This document shows positions 10,447 to 22,742 of a stretch of 64,000 nt of DNA, one piece after another. The DNA is from an uncultured Clostridiaceae bacterium. GTDB lineage: Bacteria; Bacillota; Clostridia; TANB77; CAG-508. The stretch is from positions 232 to 64,231 of the forward strand of contig CAOJCG010000012.1 of NCBI GenBank assembly GCA_948356915.1, given 5' to 3'. The position numbers and the translations under genes were made by a program. Below the pieces are notes generated by a model. The model was given only the letters and a program-made list of their open reading frames with translations. It was not told the DNA's origin and searched no databases. Each line of letters begins with the position of its first letter. The first letter of the stretch is position 1.

Positions 10447-11463
10447 ATGGTTATATTATTAGATGCAATGGGAGGAGATAACGCACCAGATGCAAATATA
10501 AAAGGAGCAGTAAAAGCGATAAAAGATATAGAAGCTGAAGTATGCTTAGTTGGAAATAAAGATATAATTAATTCTAAAATAAAACAATTTTATGGCAAAA
10601 ATGATATTTCAGAAATATCACCAAGGCTAACTATACATCATACAACAGAAACTATTGAAATGTGTGATATACCAACACAAGCAATAAAACATAAAAAAGA
10701 TTCTTCAATGGTAGTAGGTTTTAACTTACTTAAAGAAGGAAAAGGAGATGTGTTTATATCTGCTGGAAATTCAGGTGCACTTTTAACAGGAGCAACACTA
10801 TTAGTTGGAAGAATTAAAGGAATAGATAGACCAGCATTAGCAGGAATACTTCCAGCATATAAAGGAAAACTAATGTTAATGGATTGTGGCTCAAATACAA
10901 ATTGTAAGCCAATAAATTTACTTCAATTTGCACAAATGGCAACTATATATAATAGGAATACATTTGGAATAGAAAGACCAACAGTTGGTTTATTAAATAT
11001 AGGAACAGAAGAAACAAAAGGAAATGATTTAGTAAAAGAAAGCTACAAATTATTAAAAGAAAAATCAGAAGAACTAAATTTAAACTTTGTAGGAAATGTT
11101 GAAGGAAGAGATGCATTTTCAGGTAAGCTTGATATATTAGTAGCAGATGGATATACAGGAAATGTATTTTTAAAAACAGTAGAAGGTGTCGGAAAATTAG
11201 TAAAAAGAACATTAACAGAAAGCCTAAAGAAAAATATTTGGGCTACAATAGGTGCAATACCTGCGCTTCCATCAATAAAAGCATTTTCTAAAACTATGGA
11301 TTATAAAGAATATGGAGGAGCACTTTTCTTAGGAGTAAAAAAACCAGTAGTAAAAGCACATGGAAGTAGTGATGAAAAACTATTTGAATTTACAATAAAG
11401 CAAGCAGAACAATTTGTAAAAAACAAAGCAGTAGAGAAAATGATAGAAGAATTTGAAAAATAG
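10447..11463 (+). CDS. plsX: Phosphate acyltransferase PlsX
   Basis: 338-aa PlsX (LDAMGGDNAP motif) followed by acpP. Confidence 0.9.
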   Translation: MVILLDAMGGDNAPDANIKGAVKAIKDIEAEVCLVGNKDIINSKIKQFYGKNDISEISPRLTIHHTTETIEMCDIPTQAIKHKKDSSMVVGFNLLKEGKGDVFISAGNSGALLTGATLLVGRIKGIDRPALAGILPAYKGKLMLMDCGSNTNCKPINLLQFAQMATIYNRNTFGIERPTVGLLNIGTEETKGNDLVKESYKLLKEKSEELNLNFVGNVEGRDAFSGKLDILVADGYTGNVFLKTVEGVGKLVKRTLTESLKKNIWATIGAIPALPSIKAFSKTMDYKEYGGALFLGVKKPVVKAHGSSDEKLFEFTIKQAEQFVKNKAVEKMIEEFEK

Positions 11464-11538
11464 TATTGACAATTATATAAAGTTGTATTATTGTTAATGC
11501 GAGCATAAGAGAAGTACCGAGAGGGGGTGTAATTATAA

Positions 11539-11781
11539 ATGACACAAGAAGAAATATTTGAAAAAGTAAAAGGAATTATAGTTGAACAATTAGGTGTTAC
11601 AGAAACATCAGTAACAATGGAAGCTTCTTTTATAGATGACTTAGGAGCAGACTCATTAGATATTGTTGAATTAATAATGGCATTAGAAGAAGAATTCGAT
11701 ACAGAAATTCCAGATTCAGATGCTGAAAAAGTAGTTACAGTAGGTGACGTTGTTGACTACATAAAAGATCATGTTGAATAA
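11539..11781 (+). CDS. acpP: Acyl carrier protein
   Basis: DLGADSLD phosphopantetheine-attachment motif. 80 aa. Confidence 0.9.
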   Translation: MTQEEIFEKVKGIIVEQLGVTETSVTMEASFIDDLGADSLDIVELIMALEEEFDTEIPDSDAEKVVTVGDVVDYIKDHVE

Positions 11782-12037
11782 AACATAGAAATTAATTTTA
11801 ATATTATAAAAAAATAAAATAGTAGAAGTTTATTATAATTTCTGCTATTTTATTTTTATTATAGTATAGGAAAAAATAAATTTTAAATTGTAGGGGGAGA
11901 GCAGTACTCGTCAGCGTGGCGAAGCTACCTGTATTATAACTATATTGTATTTCTATGTTCAGCATATTGGAAAAAATTTCAAATACCTCTTTCAATTTCA
12001 AAAATTATGTTATATAATGTAACAAAAGGAGAGACAA

Positions 12038-12706
12038 ATGGAATTACAAATTTTAGAGAATAATATTAATTATACATTTAAAAATAAAGAATTATTAAAA
12101 AATGCGTTAACACATACTTCGTATGCATTTGAAAGAAATACAGCTAGTAATGAAAAGCTAGAATTTTTAGGAGATAGTATATTAGAGTTTATATCTAGCA
12201 AATATTTATATAAAAATTTTCCTAATCTTTCAGAAGGTGAACTTACTAAAGTTAGAGCTACAATTGTATGTGAAGAAAGTTTATATAAAATTGCTAAAAA
12301 ACATAACTTTGATAAATTTATATTTTTAGGTAGAAGTGAAACAGCAGTGCATAAAGAAGTAAGAAAGGCAATTATGGCAGATAGCGTAGAAGCGGTAATT
12401 GCAGCTATATACTTTGACTCTAATTTAGAAGAAGCAGAACGTTTTATTATAGAAAACTTAAAAGAAGAGGCACTAATAGCTAGTAAAAATGTAGGGCAAA
12501 AAGATTATAAAACCGTACTACAAGAAAAATTACAAGCTAATGGAGAAGTACATATAAAATATGAAATTATAAAAGAAGAAGGACCAGACCATAATAAGAA
12601 GTTTACAGCAAGAGTAAGTTGCAATGGTAAAGCACTATCAACAGGAGAAGGAAGAACTAAGAAAGCAGCAGAAATGGAAGCAGCCCGAAAGGCAATGAAC
12701 AAATAA
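12038..12706 (+). CDS. rnc: Ribonuclease III
   Basis: ERLEFLGDS signature plus a dsRBD. 222 aa. Confidence 0.9.
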   Translation: MELQILENNINYTFKNKELLKNALTHTSYAFERNTASNEKLEFLGDSILEFISSKYLYKNFPNLSEGELTKVRATIVCEESLYKIAKKHNFDKFIFLGRSETAVHKEVRKAIMADSVEAVIAAIYFDSNLEEAERFIIENLKEEALIASKNVGQKDYKTVLQEKLQANGEVHIKYEIIKEEGPDHNKKFTARVSCNGKALSTGEGRTKKAAEMEAARKAMNK

Positions 12707-12763
12707 TTATAAATTGTAGGGGGATTAAGCGATGAGGAATTCCAAAAAGAAAGGAGAAAAAAC

Positions 12764-13837
12764 ATGAAAAAAGAATACATTATACCAATATTCGTACCAC
12801 ATTTAGGATGCCCACATGCTTGTATATTTTGTAATCAAAGAAAAATAAGCGGTGAACAAAAAGATGTAAGAGCAGAAGATGTACGAAAGACAATAGAATA
12901 TTATTTAGATAATTTCAAAGATGATAATAAATTAGTAGAAGTAGCTTTTTTCGGTGGAAGTTTTACAGCAATAGATATAGACTTGCAAAAAGAATTATTA
13001 GAAGCTGCAAATGAATACATACAAAAAGGCTTAGTAAATGGCATACGCATATCAACAAGACCAGATGCAATAAATAAAGAAATTCTTAAAATGTTAAAAA
13101 AATATAATGTTAAAACAATAGAATTAGGAGTACAATCTGCAAATAATTATATATTGCAAAAAGCAGAAAGAGGACATACCTTTGAAGATGTTAAAAAAGC
13201 TTCAAAATTAATTAACAGATTTGGTTTCATATTAGGTCATCAAATGATGATAGGTTTGCCAGAAAGTACCTCATTAGATGAAATAAACACAGCAAAGGCA
13301 TTAATAAAATTAAAACCAAAAATAGTAAGAATATACCCAGTGCTAGTAATAAAAGGAACTAAATTAGAAGAAGAATATAATAACGGTAATTATGAGCCAC
13401 TATCAGTAGTACAAGCAGTAGAGCGTTCAAAAGAAGTAGCACACTTATTTAATAAGAAGAAAATAAAAGTAATAAGAATAGGACTTCAAAATACAGACGA
13501 AATATGTGAGCCAGGAAACAAAACAAGTCAAGTAGTAGCAGGGCCATACCATCCAGCATTTAGGCAATTAGTAGAAGCAGGAATGTGGTATGATGTAATA
13601 GTAACTAAAATAAAGAAATTTAATACAAAAGTAAAACAGGTACAAATAAGAGCAAACCCAGAAGATATAAACAATATAATAGGACATAAAAAAGAAAACG
13701 TGGAAAAATTGAAAGAGATATATGAAGTAGATGCAATAATAACAGCAGATGAAACAATAAGAAATGGAAAATTTGAGATTACAATAGAAAAAACATATGA
13801 TGATATAATAGAAGAAAAACAAAAAATAAACAATTAA
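12764..13837 (+). CDS. Radical SAM protein (Elp3/MiaB/NifB superfamily)
   Basis: CPHACIFC is a CxxxCxxC motif. Position after rnc matches the Clostridia arrangement. Confidence 0.7.
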   Translation: MKKEYIIPIFVPHLGCPHACIFCNQRKISGEQKDVRAEDVRKTIEYYLDNFKDDNKLVEVAFFGGSFTAIDIDLQKELLEAANEYIQKGLVNGIRISTRPDAINKEILKMLKKYNVKTIELGVQSANNYILQKAERGHTFEDVKKASKLINRFGFILGHQMMIGLPESTSLDEINTAKALIKLKPKIVRIYPVLVIKGTKLEEEYNNGNYEPLSVVQAVERSKEVAHLFNKKKIKVIRIGLQNTDEICEPGNKTSQVVAGPYHPAFRQLVEAGMWYDVIVTKIKKFNTKVKQVQIRANPEDINNIIGHKKENVEKLKEIYEVDAIITADETIRNGKFEITIEKTYDDIIEEKQKINN

Positions 13838-13925
13838 AAAAGTGTGTCAAATGGGGTGGGGGATACACATCTTTAAAAGATAAAGTGTGTCAATATCCCC
13901 CGTCCCATTTGGCACACTTTTTTAA
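13838..13925. repeat. Nested long palindrome (family 2): GTGTGTCAAATGGGGTGGGGGATA...TATCCCCCGTCCCATTTGGCACAC
   Basis: About 21-bp outer stem enclosing an inner hairpin. A near-identical copy lies at 46123-46215. Confidence 0.65.
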
Positions 13926-14001
13926 TTGTTTATTTTTTGTTTTATTTTCATTTGCATAAAAATCTAATAATAACAAATACTTATAAAAAAAGGAGATTTT
14001 T

Positions 14002-14871
14002 ATGGAATATGTAGAAATAAATAGCAAAATTAAAATTCGAAGGTATATATATGATTTTATATTATTAATTATTGGCTGTGCCATAATGGCAATATCTACA
14101 TCTTTTTTCTTACTACCAAACCAATTATCATCAGGAGGATTTACAGGTATAGCAACAATAACATACTATGTATTAAAGTGGCCAGTGGGTACAGTAATAT
14201 TTGCACTTAATATACCACTATTTATATTAAGTTATTTTAGAATAGGAAAAGAGTTTTTAATAAAAGGTATATTAGGAACAATATTTTTATCTGTATTTAT
14301 AGATATATTTGACAAATTTAAACCTTTAACACATGACAGAGTATTAGGCTGCATATATGGTGGAATAATTATGGGAATAGGAATGAGCTTAGTACTAAAA
14401 GGCTCAAGTTCAACAGGAGGAACAGACCTTTTATCATATATAATAAAATCATATAAACCATATTATAGAACAAGTAACCTAATAGTAATTATAGATATTG
14501 CAATAGTAAGTTTAAACGTAATATTCTTAAAAGACATAGAAATAGGTCTATATTCAGCAATAACAATATATTTAATGGGAAAAATGCTAGATATAATATT
14601 TGAAGGTGTATATTTTACAAAAATGATATTTATAGTGTCAGATAAATACAAAGAAATAGCAAAAGAAATAGAGCAAAATGTTAGAAGAGGTGTAACAGGA
14701 TTGCAGGCAACAGGAATGTATACAAATGACGAAAAAATGATGTTATGGTGTATAAGCTCAAGAAATGAAACAATAAGAATAAAGCAAATATGCAAAAAAA
14801 TAGACAAAAATTCATTTATAGTAATTTCAAATGCCAGAGAAGCTTATGGAATTGGGTTTAAGAGAAATTAA
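14002..14871 (+). CDS. YitT-family membrane protein (DUF161/DUF2179)
   Basis: Multi-TM N-terminal region plus a C-terminal DUF2179-like domain. 289 aa. Confidence 0.65.
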   Translation: MEYVEINSKIKIRRYIYDFILLIIGCAIMAISTSFFLLPNQLSSGGFTGIATITYYVLKWPVGTVIFALNIPLFILSYFRIGKEFLIKGILGTIFLSVFIDIFDKFKPLTHDRVLGCIYGGIIMGIGMSLVLKGSSSTGGTDLLSYIIKSYKPYYRTSNLIVIIDIAIVSLNVIFLKDIEIGLYSAITIYLMGKMLDIIFEGVYFTKMIFIVSDKYKEIAKEIEQNVRRGVTGLQATGMYTNDEKMMLWCISSRNETIRIKQICKKIDKNSFIVISNAREAYGIGFKRN

Positions 14872-14874
14872 ATC

Positions 14875-14926
14875 TAGTTACAAATCATGACCAACCTTTC
14901 AAAGGGTGGTCATGATTTGTAACTAA
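14875..14926. terminator. Perfect 20-bp hairpin terminator
   Basis: agttacaaatcatgaccaacc / ggtggtcatgatttgtaact. Confidence 0.6.
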
Positions 14927-15019
14927 ATGTAAAAATACCTATAGATTTAAAAAACAAAATACCTTGCTATTCCTACCAAAATAATATATAATAAAAATAG
15001 TTATTTATGGAGGAAATGT

Positions 15020-16447
15020 ATGCAAAAAACAATGAAAATAATTGGCAAAATAATATCTTTATTAATTACATTAACATTAATATTTATAGCTTATAAAGTA
15101 TATAGTATAAATAATTTTAATGAATATATAAGGGCAGAATATAATAGTGGACTTTCTAATTTTTCAAGAGATACACAAAATAAATATTCAAAAAAGGATA
15201 GCTACAAAATAGAAAATACTGATTATAATGATGCAATGTTTTTTAAAACTATACCAGTTACGCCTAATACTTCATATAAAGTAAGTTGCATGATAAAAAC
15301 TGAAAAGGTAGTAAATAAAGAAGAAAATACAGATGCAGGAGCACATATATGTATAAATGAAACAACAGAAAAATCTGACAATGTAGTAGGAACAACAGAT
15401 TGGAAAAAAATAGAATTTGTATTTAATTCAAAAAATAGAAATGAAGTTCAAGTAGGTTTTAGGCTTGGAGGAAACTTTGATGACTCAAAAGGTACAGCAT
15501 GGTTTTCAGATATAACAATAGAGCAAGGAATAGCAGATAACTCCAACAATTGGAAGTTCTTATGCTTAATATTTGATAAAACAGACGTAAATTTAGAAAT
15601 AAATGGAGGGCTTAAAAACTTTAATTTAACATTATCAAATTCAGATGTAGAAGATATGAAATTATGTATAAACAGATTTAAAAATTCTATGGAACAGATG
15701 TCAAAAGGAAAAATGAAAGTAGAATGTAACATTTTAGAAGTAAAAACACCAATAACATCTATGTCATATGACGACGAAAACGGTTATTTTGTGTCACCAT
15801 ATGATGTAAAAGATGTAATAGACAAATATATACAAACAGGAAAATATGACCATATATTTATAGCATTTAGAACAGGAAATATAAATGCAAAAAATGAAAT
15901 ACCAGTAAATGATTGGATAGGACTTGGAAGTATGGAATATAGAAATATAGGATTTTCAAATATAAGACTTCCAAATAGTGACTCAAATTACATATATAAA
16001 TATGATGAAAGAATAAATACATTCCCAGAAGAAGTATATGTACATGAGTTTTTACATACTCTAGAAAGAAATGCACTAGAATACGGATATGAAAGACCAG
16101 AACTTCACGATAATGAAAAATATGGTTATAAAAGCCAAAGTATAACAGGATTAAAAAAATGGTATGAAGATTACATGAACAAAAATATAAAATCTTCTAT
16201 AAAAGGTTATATAGGACTTCCAGAAGAAATATATACAAAAAAACCATCAAAAAACACAGATTTTGAATATTCAAGAAAATTAGACTATCTTGAAGAACCA
16301 CAAAATATAATAGAAGAATTGAATATATTATTTAAAAGAATAGGAAATTTATTTAATGAAATAAGTAATGGAATACGGAAGGCAGAAGTCAGAAGTCGGA
16401 AGTCAGAACTAGAAGTTATAGTTTATAGGTTAGAGACTAGAAGCTAG
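15020..16447 (+). CDS. Membrane-anchored/secreted hypothetical protein with an HExxH motif
   Basis: N-terminal TM segment and a HEFLH motif. The last ~20 codons (AEVRSRKSELEVIVYRLETRS) are read through the purine-arm repeat, so the true C-terminus is uncertain. Confidence 0.45.
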   Translation: MQKTMKIIGKIISLLITLTLIFIAYKVYSINNFNEYIRAEYNSGLSNFSRDTQNKYSKKDSYKIENTDYNDAMFFKTIPVTPNTSYKVSCMIKTEKVVNKEENTDAGAHICINETTEKSDNVVGTTDWKKIEFVFNSKNRNEVQVGFRLGGNFDDSKGTAWFSDITIEQGIADNSNNWKFLCLIFDKTDVNLEINGGLKNFNLTLSNSDVEDMKLCINRFKNSMEQMSKGKMKVECNILEVKTPITSMSYDDENGYFVSPYDVKDVIDKYIQTGKYDHIFIAFRTGNINAKNEIPVNDWIGLGSMEYRNIGFSNIRLPNSDSNYIYKYDERINTFPEEVYVHEFLHTLERNALEYGYERPELHDNEKYGYKSQSITGLKKWYEDYMNKNIKSSIKGYIGLPEEIYTKKPSKNTDFEYSRKLDYLEEPQNIIEELNILFKRIGNLFNEISNGIRKAEVRSRKSELEVIVYRLETRS

Positions 16448-16605
16448 AAGTCGAAGAAGAGAAGATAGATAGAGAGTATTTTATTATAGTATAGCAAAAA
16501 GCAATTTTAACTTTAGGGAAAAGGGGCTTGTGTCTGCCCGCTCTTCGAAGAAATTACCCTAAAATCTGACCTCTGATATCTGCCTTCTGTCCTCTGTCCA
16601 CAAGA
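16376..16605. repeat. Composite repeat (purine arm, REP hairpin GGGGCTTGTGTCTGCCC, CTTCGAAGAAATTACCC, pyrimidine arm) in the queA leader
   Basis: Arms are ggcagaagtcagaagtcggaagtcagaac and atctgacctctgatatctgccttctgtcctctgtcc. Confidence 0.7.
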
Positions 16606-16617
16606 AAAGGAGAAAAA

Positions 16618-17643
16618 ATGAAAGTATCAGAATTTAATTATAATTTACCAGAAGAATTAATAGCACAAGTACCAATAAAAAATAGAGATATGTCAAGACT
16701 AATGGTATTAGAAAGAAAAAATAAAACAATAGAAGACAAAATATTCAAAGATATATTAGACTACCTAAAACCGGGAGATTGCTTAGTAAGAAACAATACA
16801 AAAGTACTACCAGCACGTTTGTATGGAGTAAAAGAAGAAACAGGAGCAAATATAGAATTCTTACTATTAAAAAGAATAGAAGGAGATACTTGGGAAACAA
16901 TGGTACACCCAGGAAGAAGGCTAAAACCAGGAACTAAAGTAATATTTGGAGATGGCTTACTAAAAGCAGAAGTATTAGAAATATTAGAAGGTGGAAATAG
17001 AAAAGTACATTTTGAATATAAGGGAATATTTAATGAAATATTAGATCAAATAGGACTAATGCCACTACCACCATACATACATGAAAGTCTAAAAGAAAAA
17101 GACAGATACCAAACAGTATACGCAAAGCACGAAGGCTCAAGTGCAGCACCAACAGCAGGTCTGCACTTTACAGATGAACTACTAGAAAAAATAAAAGAAA
17201 AAGGTATAGAAATAGCAAATGTAACCTTACATGTAGGAATAGGAACCTTCAGACCAGTAAAAGTAGAAAATATAGAAGAACACGACATGCATAGTGAGCA
17301 CTACTACATAAAAAAAGAAGACGCCGAAAAAATAAACAAAACAAAGCAAAATGGAGGAAGAATAATAGCAGTAGGAACAACATCATGTAGAGTACTAGAA
17401 TCAATAGCAAACGAAAAAGGTTTAGTACAAGAAACAGAGGGAGACACAAACATATTCATATATCCAGGCTACAAATTTAAATGTATAGACGCACTAATAA
17501 CAAACTTCCACTTACCAGAATCAACACTAATAATGTTAGTATCCGCATTAGCAGGAAAAGAATACATAATGGAAGCATATAAACACGCAGTAAAAGAAAA
17601 ATACAAATTCTTCAGCTTCGGAGATGCAATGTTTATATATTAG
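16618..17643 (+). CDS. queA: S-adenosylmethionine:tRNA ribosyltransferase-isomerase
   Basis: 341-aa QueA followed by tgt. Confidence 0.9.
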   Translation: MKVSEFNYNLPEELIAQVPIKNRDMSRLMVLERKNKTIEDKIFKDILDYLKPGDCLVRNNTKVLPARLYGVKEETGANIEFLLLKRIEGDTWETMVHPGRRLKPGTKVIFGDGLLKAEVLEILEGGNRKVHFEYKGIFNEILDQIGLMPLPPYIHESLKEKDRYQTVYAKHEGSSAAPTAGLHFTDELLEKIKEKGIEIANVTLHVGIGTFRPVKVENIEEHDMHSEHYYIKKEDAEKINKTKQNGGRIIAVGTTSCRVLESIANEKGLVQETEGDTNIFIYPGYKFKCIDALITNFHLPESTLIMLVSALAGKEYIMEAYKHAVKEKYKFFSFGDAMFIY

Positions 17644-17663
17644 TGCAAAAAGGGAGGAAATAA

Positions 17664-18789
<1,126 letters not shown>

Positions 18790-18811
18790 TAACACAAAAG
18801 AGGAGGATGTT

Positions 18812-20260
18812 ATGGAAATAATAGGAACTAACCAAGAAGAAAAACAAAAGAAAAGCAAAAAGTTAATGATAGTAATAACAATACTAATTATTATATTATT
18901 AATTATCAGTATAGGTTTATTTACTGCAATTTATTATTTAAAAGCACAACAATTTAAATTTGTGATAGATGGTAAATCAATATCAAGTAAATCTATGGCA
19001 AATGATTTATTTGTATATGAAAATGATAACATATATGTTTCATTAAGAGATATATCAGAATTAATAGATTATAAATATTATAATGGTGGATACAAACAAT
19101 ATACAGAAGATACAACCAAATGCTACTTAGAAGGCAAAAATGAAGTTGCTACTTTTGAAAAAGATTCAAATACTATATATAAAACAAAAGTAGGAGAATT
19201 AGACTATACTTATTTTACATTAGATGAACCAATAAAAAGAATAAATGGCAAGCTATACATTAGTTCAAAAGGGCTAAATACAGCATGTAACCTTCAAATG
19301 AGCTATGATAAAGAAGCAAATAGAATGACAATATATACTCTACCATATTTAACAAATTATTATATGACTAGATATTCAAATGCTTCTCTTGAAACAAACT
19401 TTAATAACCAAAAAGCCTTGTTATATGGTTTATTAGTAGTACAAAATGTAGATAACACAGATAAAAATACATCTAATGCTAATATAAGATATGGTATTCA
19501 TAATTTAAATAATGAAGAAATAGTTGGAACAAAATATACAAATATTGATTTCATAGAAGGAACAGAAGAATTTATTGTAACAACAGAAGAAAAAAAAGTT
19601 GGAATAATAACATCAGAAGGTGATACAAAAGTAAATCCACAATATGATGCATTAAAGCAAATTGATAAAAAATTAAATTTATATATGGCAACAACAAATG
19701 GTAAAAGTGGTATAATAGAGAAAAATGGAAAAATATTAATTTATTTAGAATATGAACAAATAGGAATAGATGCAAACCAATTCCCAACAAATGATATAAA
19801 GAATAAGTACATATTATTTGATAATGCAATACCAGTTAAACAAAATGGAATGTGGGGATTATTTGATATAAGAGGAAATCAAATATTACCACTAGAATAT
19901 GTAAGTTTAGGATGTATATCAAAAACAAGTTCTAATAGAAGTTTAAACAATATATTAGTAATACCAGATGTTGAAGGAATAGTAGTATGTCAAGAAATAG
20001 AAAGAGATTCTAGGAAAACAGAAATTTATGGAATAGTAAACTCAAGAGGAAAAGAATTAATACCAATGTGTTTAGAAACAGTATATTCTGTAACAGTATC
20101 AGGAAAAGATGAATATACAATGGTAAATAACGGCAACTCGATTGATGTAATAGAATATGTAAAATTAACAAGAGAATTTGAAGAAGAAAATAACAAAAAC
20201 ACTACTACAAATACAGTAACAAATGAGGTATCAAATACAATTCAAAATACGCAAAGTTAA
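18812..20260 (+). CDS. Membrane-anchored protein with WG-containing repeats
   Basis: ATG at 18812 follows RBS aggagg. One TM segment, then repeats of the KNGK..G.I..NG / MWGLFD type. Confidence 0.5.
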   Translation: MEIIGTNQEEKQKKSKKLMIVITILIIILLIISIGLFTAIYYLKAQQFKFVIDGKSISSKSMANDLFVYENDNIYVSLRDISELIDYKYYNGGYKQYTEDTTKCYLEGKNEVATFEKDSNTIYKTKVGELDYTYFTLDEPIKRINGKLYISSKGLNTACNLQMSYDKEANRMTIYTLPYLTNYYMTRYSNASLETNFNNQKALLYGLLVVQNVDNTDKNTSNANIRYGIHNLNNEEIVGTKYTNIDFIEGTEEFIVTTEEKKVGIITSEGDTKVNPQYDALKQIDKKLNLYMATTNGKSGIIEKNGKILIYLEYEQIGIDANQFPTNDIKNKYILFDNAIPVKQNGMWGLFDIRGNQILPLEYVSLGCISKTSSNRSLNNILVIPDVEGIVVCQEIERDSRKTEIYGIVNSRGKELIPMCLETVYSVTVSGKDEYTMVNNGNSIDVIEYVKLTREFEEENNKNTTTNTVTNEVSNTIQNTQS

Positions 20261-20266
20261 AAAAAT

Positions 20267-20370
20267 GAAATGGGCTGTAAAAAAAGTATGCCAAAAGGCA
20301 CGAGAGAAATTGACACTCCTCGAGGAGTCAATTTCCTCCGTGCCTTTTGGCACACTTTTTTTACAGCCCA
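20267..20370. repeat. Long imperfect palindrome with GGGCTGTAAAAAAA / TTTTTTTACAGCCC flanks; likely bidirectional terminator
   Basis: tgccaaaaggcacgagagaaattgacactcctc / gaggagtcaatttcctccgtgccttttggca. Confidence 0.6.
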
Positions 20371-20472
20371 TTTCATTTTTTATGTACTATATATTTTTAA
20401 TTATAGCAAAGGAATATAATAAACGAACCCAAAATTATAATACTCATATAGTATAGTAGGAGGTTGCATGTT

Positions 20473-21117
20473 ATGAATCAAATAGAAAAAAAGACAATAA
20501 AAGGAGAGTTAAAGTATAAAAATACAGTAATACTTACATACAAAATAGAATATCCACAAATGATTTCTACTAAATATACATATGGGAAGGAAATATTTAA
20601 TAATTACAATAAAAAAAAGGCAATTGACTTAGAAAAATATATAAAAACAGATTTATATGAAAATGCCAAAGAAGTATATGAATATAATAAGGCAAATGGC
20701 TATCCTATTATGGTATTCGAAGTAATATCAGAATATCATATAACTTATAATGAAGGATTTATTGTAAGCTTATATCAAGATGAATACCAATTTACAGGAG
20801 GAGCACATGGAAGTACAATAAGAACTTCTCAAAACTGGAATTTAAAAGAGGCAAGTACTATACCACTAACATACTTTTTTCCTAATAACCCATATTATAC
20901 AATAGACATATTAAAAGAAATAAATAGTCAAATAAAAACGCAAATAGAAGAAGGGAAAAACCAATATTTTGAAAACTATTGTGAACTAGTATTAGAAACA
21001 TTTAATTTAAGCAACTATTATATAATGCCAAATCAAATAGCAATATATTTTCAACAATACGATATAGCACCATACTCAAGTGGAATACCAGTATTTTTAA
21101 TCAGGACCGCACACTAG
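20473..21117 (+). CDS. DUF3298/DUF4163 (RsiV-like) domain protein
   Basis: FTGGAHG motif. The last codons (IRTAH) and the stop lie inside a REP copy. Confidence 0.6.
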   Translation: MNQIEKKTIKGELKYKNTVILTYKIEYPQMISTKYTYGKEIFNNYNKKKAIDLEKYIKTDLYENAKEVYEYNKANGYPIMVFEVISEYHITYNEGFIVSLYQDEYQFTGGAHGSTIRTSQNWNLKEASTIPLTYFFPNNPYYTIDILKEINSQIKTQIEEGKNQYFENYCELVLETFNLSNYYIMPNQIAIYFQQYDIAPYSSGIPVFLIRTAH

Positions 21118-21166
21118 GGACGGTCCTTTTCGTTCCGAAATCGGAACGCTGGGGACACTCCTTAAG
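21103..21166 (+). repeat. REP copy (TAGGGACGGTCCTTTTCGTTCCGAAATCGGAACGCTGGGGACACTCCTTAAG)
   Basis: Same sequence as the REPs flanking the RAYT at 23444 and 24428. Confidence 0.8.
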
Positions 21167-21249
21167 TAGAATAACAATAGAAAAATGTGATTGAAAACTG
21201 ATAATAATTATGATAAAATTATATATATTAAATATATAAGGAGCAAAAA

Positions 21250-21720
21250 ATGGAATATTGGAATACATATAAAACAAAAATAGGAACACTTATAATAACA
21301 CAAAAAGAAAACAAAATTTCAAGAATAGAAACAGTAAAATCAAATAGTGAATACCCTAAAGGAGAAAAAGTAGAAACAAAATTAATAAAAAAAGCTTATG
21401 AACAAATATCAGAATACTTAGAAGGAAAAAGAAAAGAATTTACACTACCACTATTAATAAAAGGAACGAAGTTTCAAGAAAAAGTATGGAAGGCACTACT
21501 AGAAATACCATATGGAGAAATAAGAACTTATGGAGAAATAGCAAAACAAATAGGAAACGAAAAAGCTTCAAGAGCAGTAGGTGGAGCAAGCCATAACAAT
21601 CCAATTATGATAGTAGTACCCTGTCATAGAGTAATAGGTAGCAATAAAAAAATAGTAGGATATGCAGGAGGGATAGAGGTAAAGGAAAATTTATTAAAAT
21701 TAGAACAAGTAATATTATAA
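21250..21720 (+). CDS. ogt: Methylated-DNA--protein-cysteine methyltransferase
   Basis: PCHRVIG active-site motif. 156 aa. Confidence 0.85.
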   Translation: MEYWNTYKTKIGTLIITQKENKISRIETVKSNSEYPKGEKVETKLIKKAYEQISEYLEGKRKEFTLPLLIKGTKFQEKVWKALLEIPYGEIRTYGEIAKQIGNEKASRAVGGASHNNPIMIVVPCHRVIGSNKKIVGYAGGIEVKENLLKLEQVIL

Positions 21721-21808
21721 ATAGATATAAGTATAACTAAAAAATATATTTACAGTTTGAAGCTAAAAAATATAGTATAGCAGAGATGTATTACTCTGCT
21801 ATATACAT

Positions 21809-22417
21809 TTACAAATTATCTTTTATTTCTGGAAATAAATCATATAAATCATATCCTAATAAATTATCAAAGTATGCTTTTAATTTATATGTTTCTTTTA
21901 TATGGTATTGTGTATTTTCATAAGCACCATGCCTTATCATAATATCAATTAATCGCTTATCTATTGTATAAACTTTTCCACCTTGAGGACACATTAAATC
22001 GCATAAATTTATTATTTTTTCTTCTATTGTATATTCATGATTTTTTATAAACTGTGTTAAAAATAGATTTTTATTAGGGTCTGGAATACCTCCTGCAACA
22101 CAAAGGATATCATTATTTAAAAATGAATGTGTTAAACAGATATTATAGAAATCTTCATCATATCCTTGCTCTTTCAAATATTCGTAACCTTTTATCTCAT
22201 GAATTTGAGGTTCAACACTATATTTACCAATATCATGAATGTAGCCTAGTACTATTGCTTTATCAACATCAACATTATAACCTTTTACAGTTAGAGCTTG
22301 AGCAATTTTTCCTGCTGTATCGCCAACACAAATACAATGGTCTATCCATCTATCACTTTGAGTTGTACCTCTAAAATTTTCTAATATAGTTCTTGCAGCA
22401 TTACTTGTTAATTTCAT
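21809..22417 (-). CDS. HD/HDIG-domain phosphohydrolase
   Basis: H..HD motif (YIHDIGK). 202 aa. Confidence 0.65.
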   Translation of the reverse strand: MKLTSNAARTILENFRGTTQSDRWIDHCICVGDTAGKIAQALTVKGYNVDVDKAIVLGYIHDIGKYSVEPQIHEIKGYEYLKEQGYDEDFYNICLTHSFLNNDILCVAGGIPDPNKNLFLTQFIKNHEYTIEEKIINLCDLMCPQGGKVYTIDKRLIDIMIRHGAYENTQYHIKETYKLKAYFDNLLGYDLYDLFPEIKDNL

Positions 22418-22742
22418 AATTTTCTCCTAACTTTTCAAATAAATATTTATTATATAAACTTTAACACTATTACTTATTATTTAATAATTCTTTATCATTA
22501 AAGACAAGCTTAATAATATATTATAAAAATTATTTATGCAATTGTATAAATCCATAGCATTTTGACGTTTCATATTAATTACATTTGCTATACTAAAAGA
22601 TATTATCATAAAAAACATCTATTTTCAACAAAATTTATCTATAAGTTTAAGAAATATATTATGTGAAAACTATGTGAAATTGGTAGAAAAGTGAATACAA
22701 ATATGATAATATAGAAAAATAATTATTAGAGAGGTATGGTAA

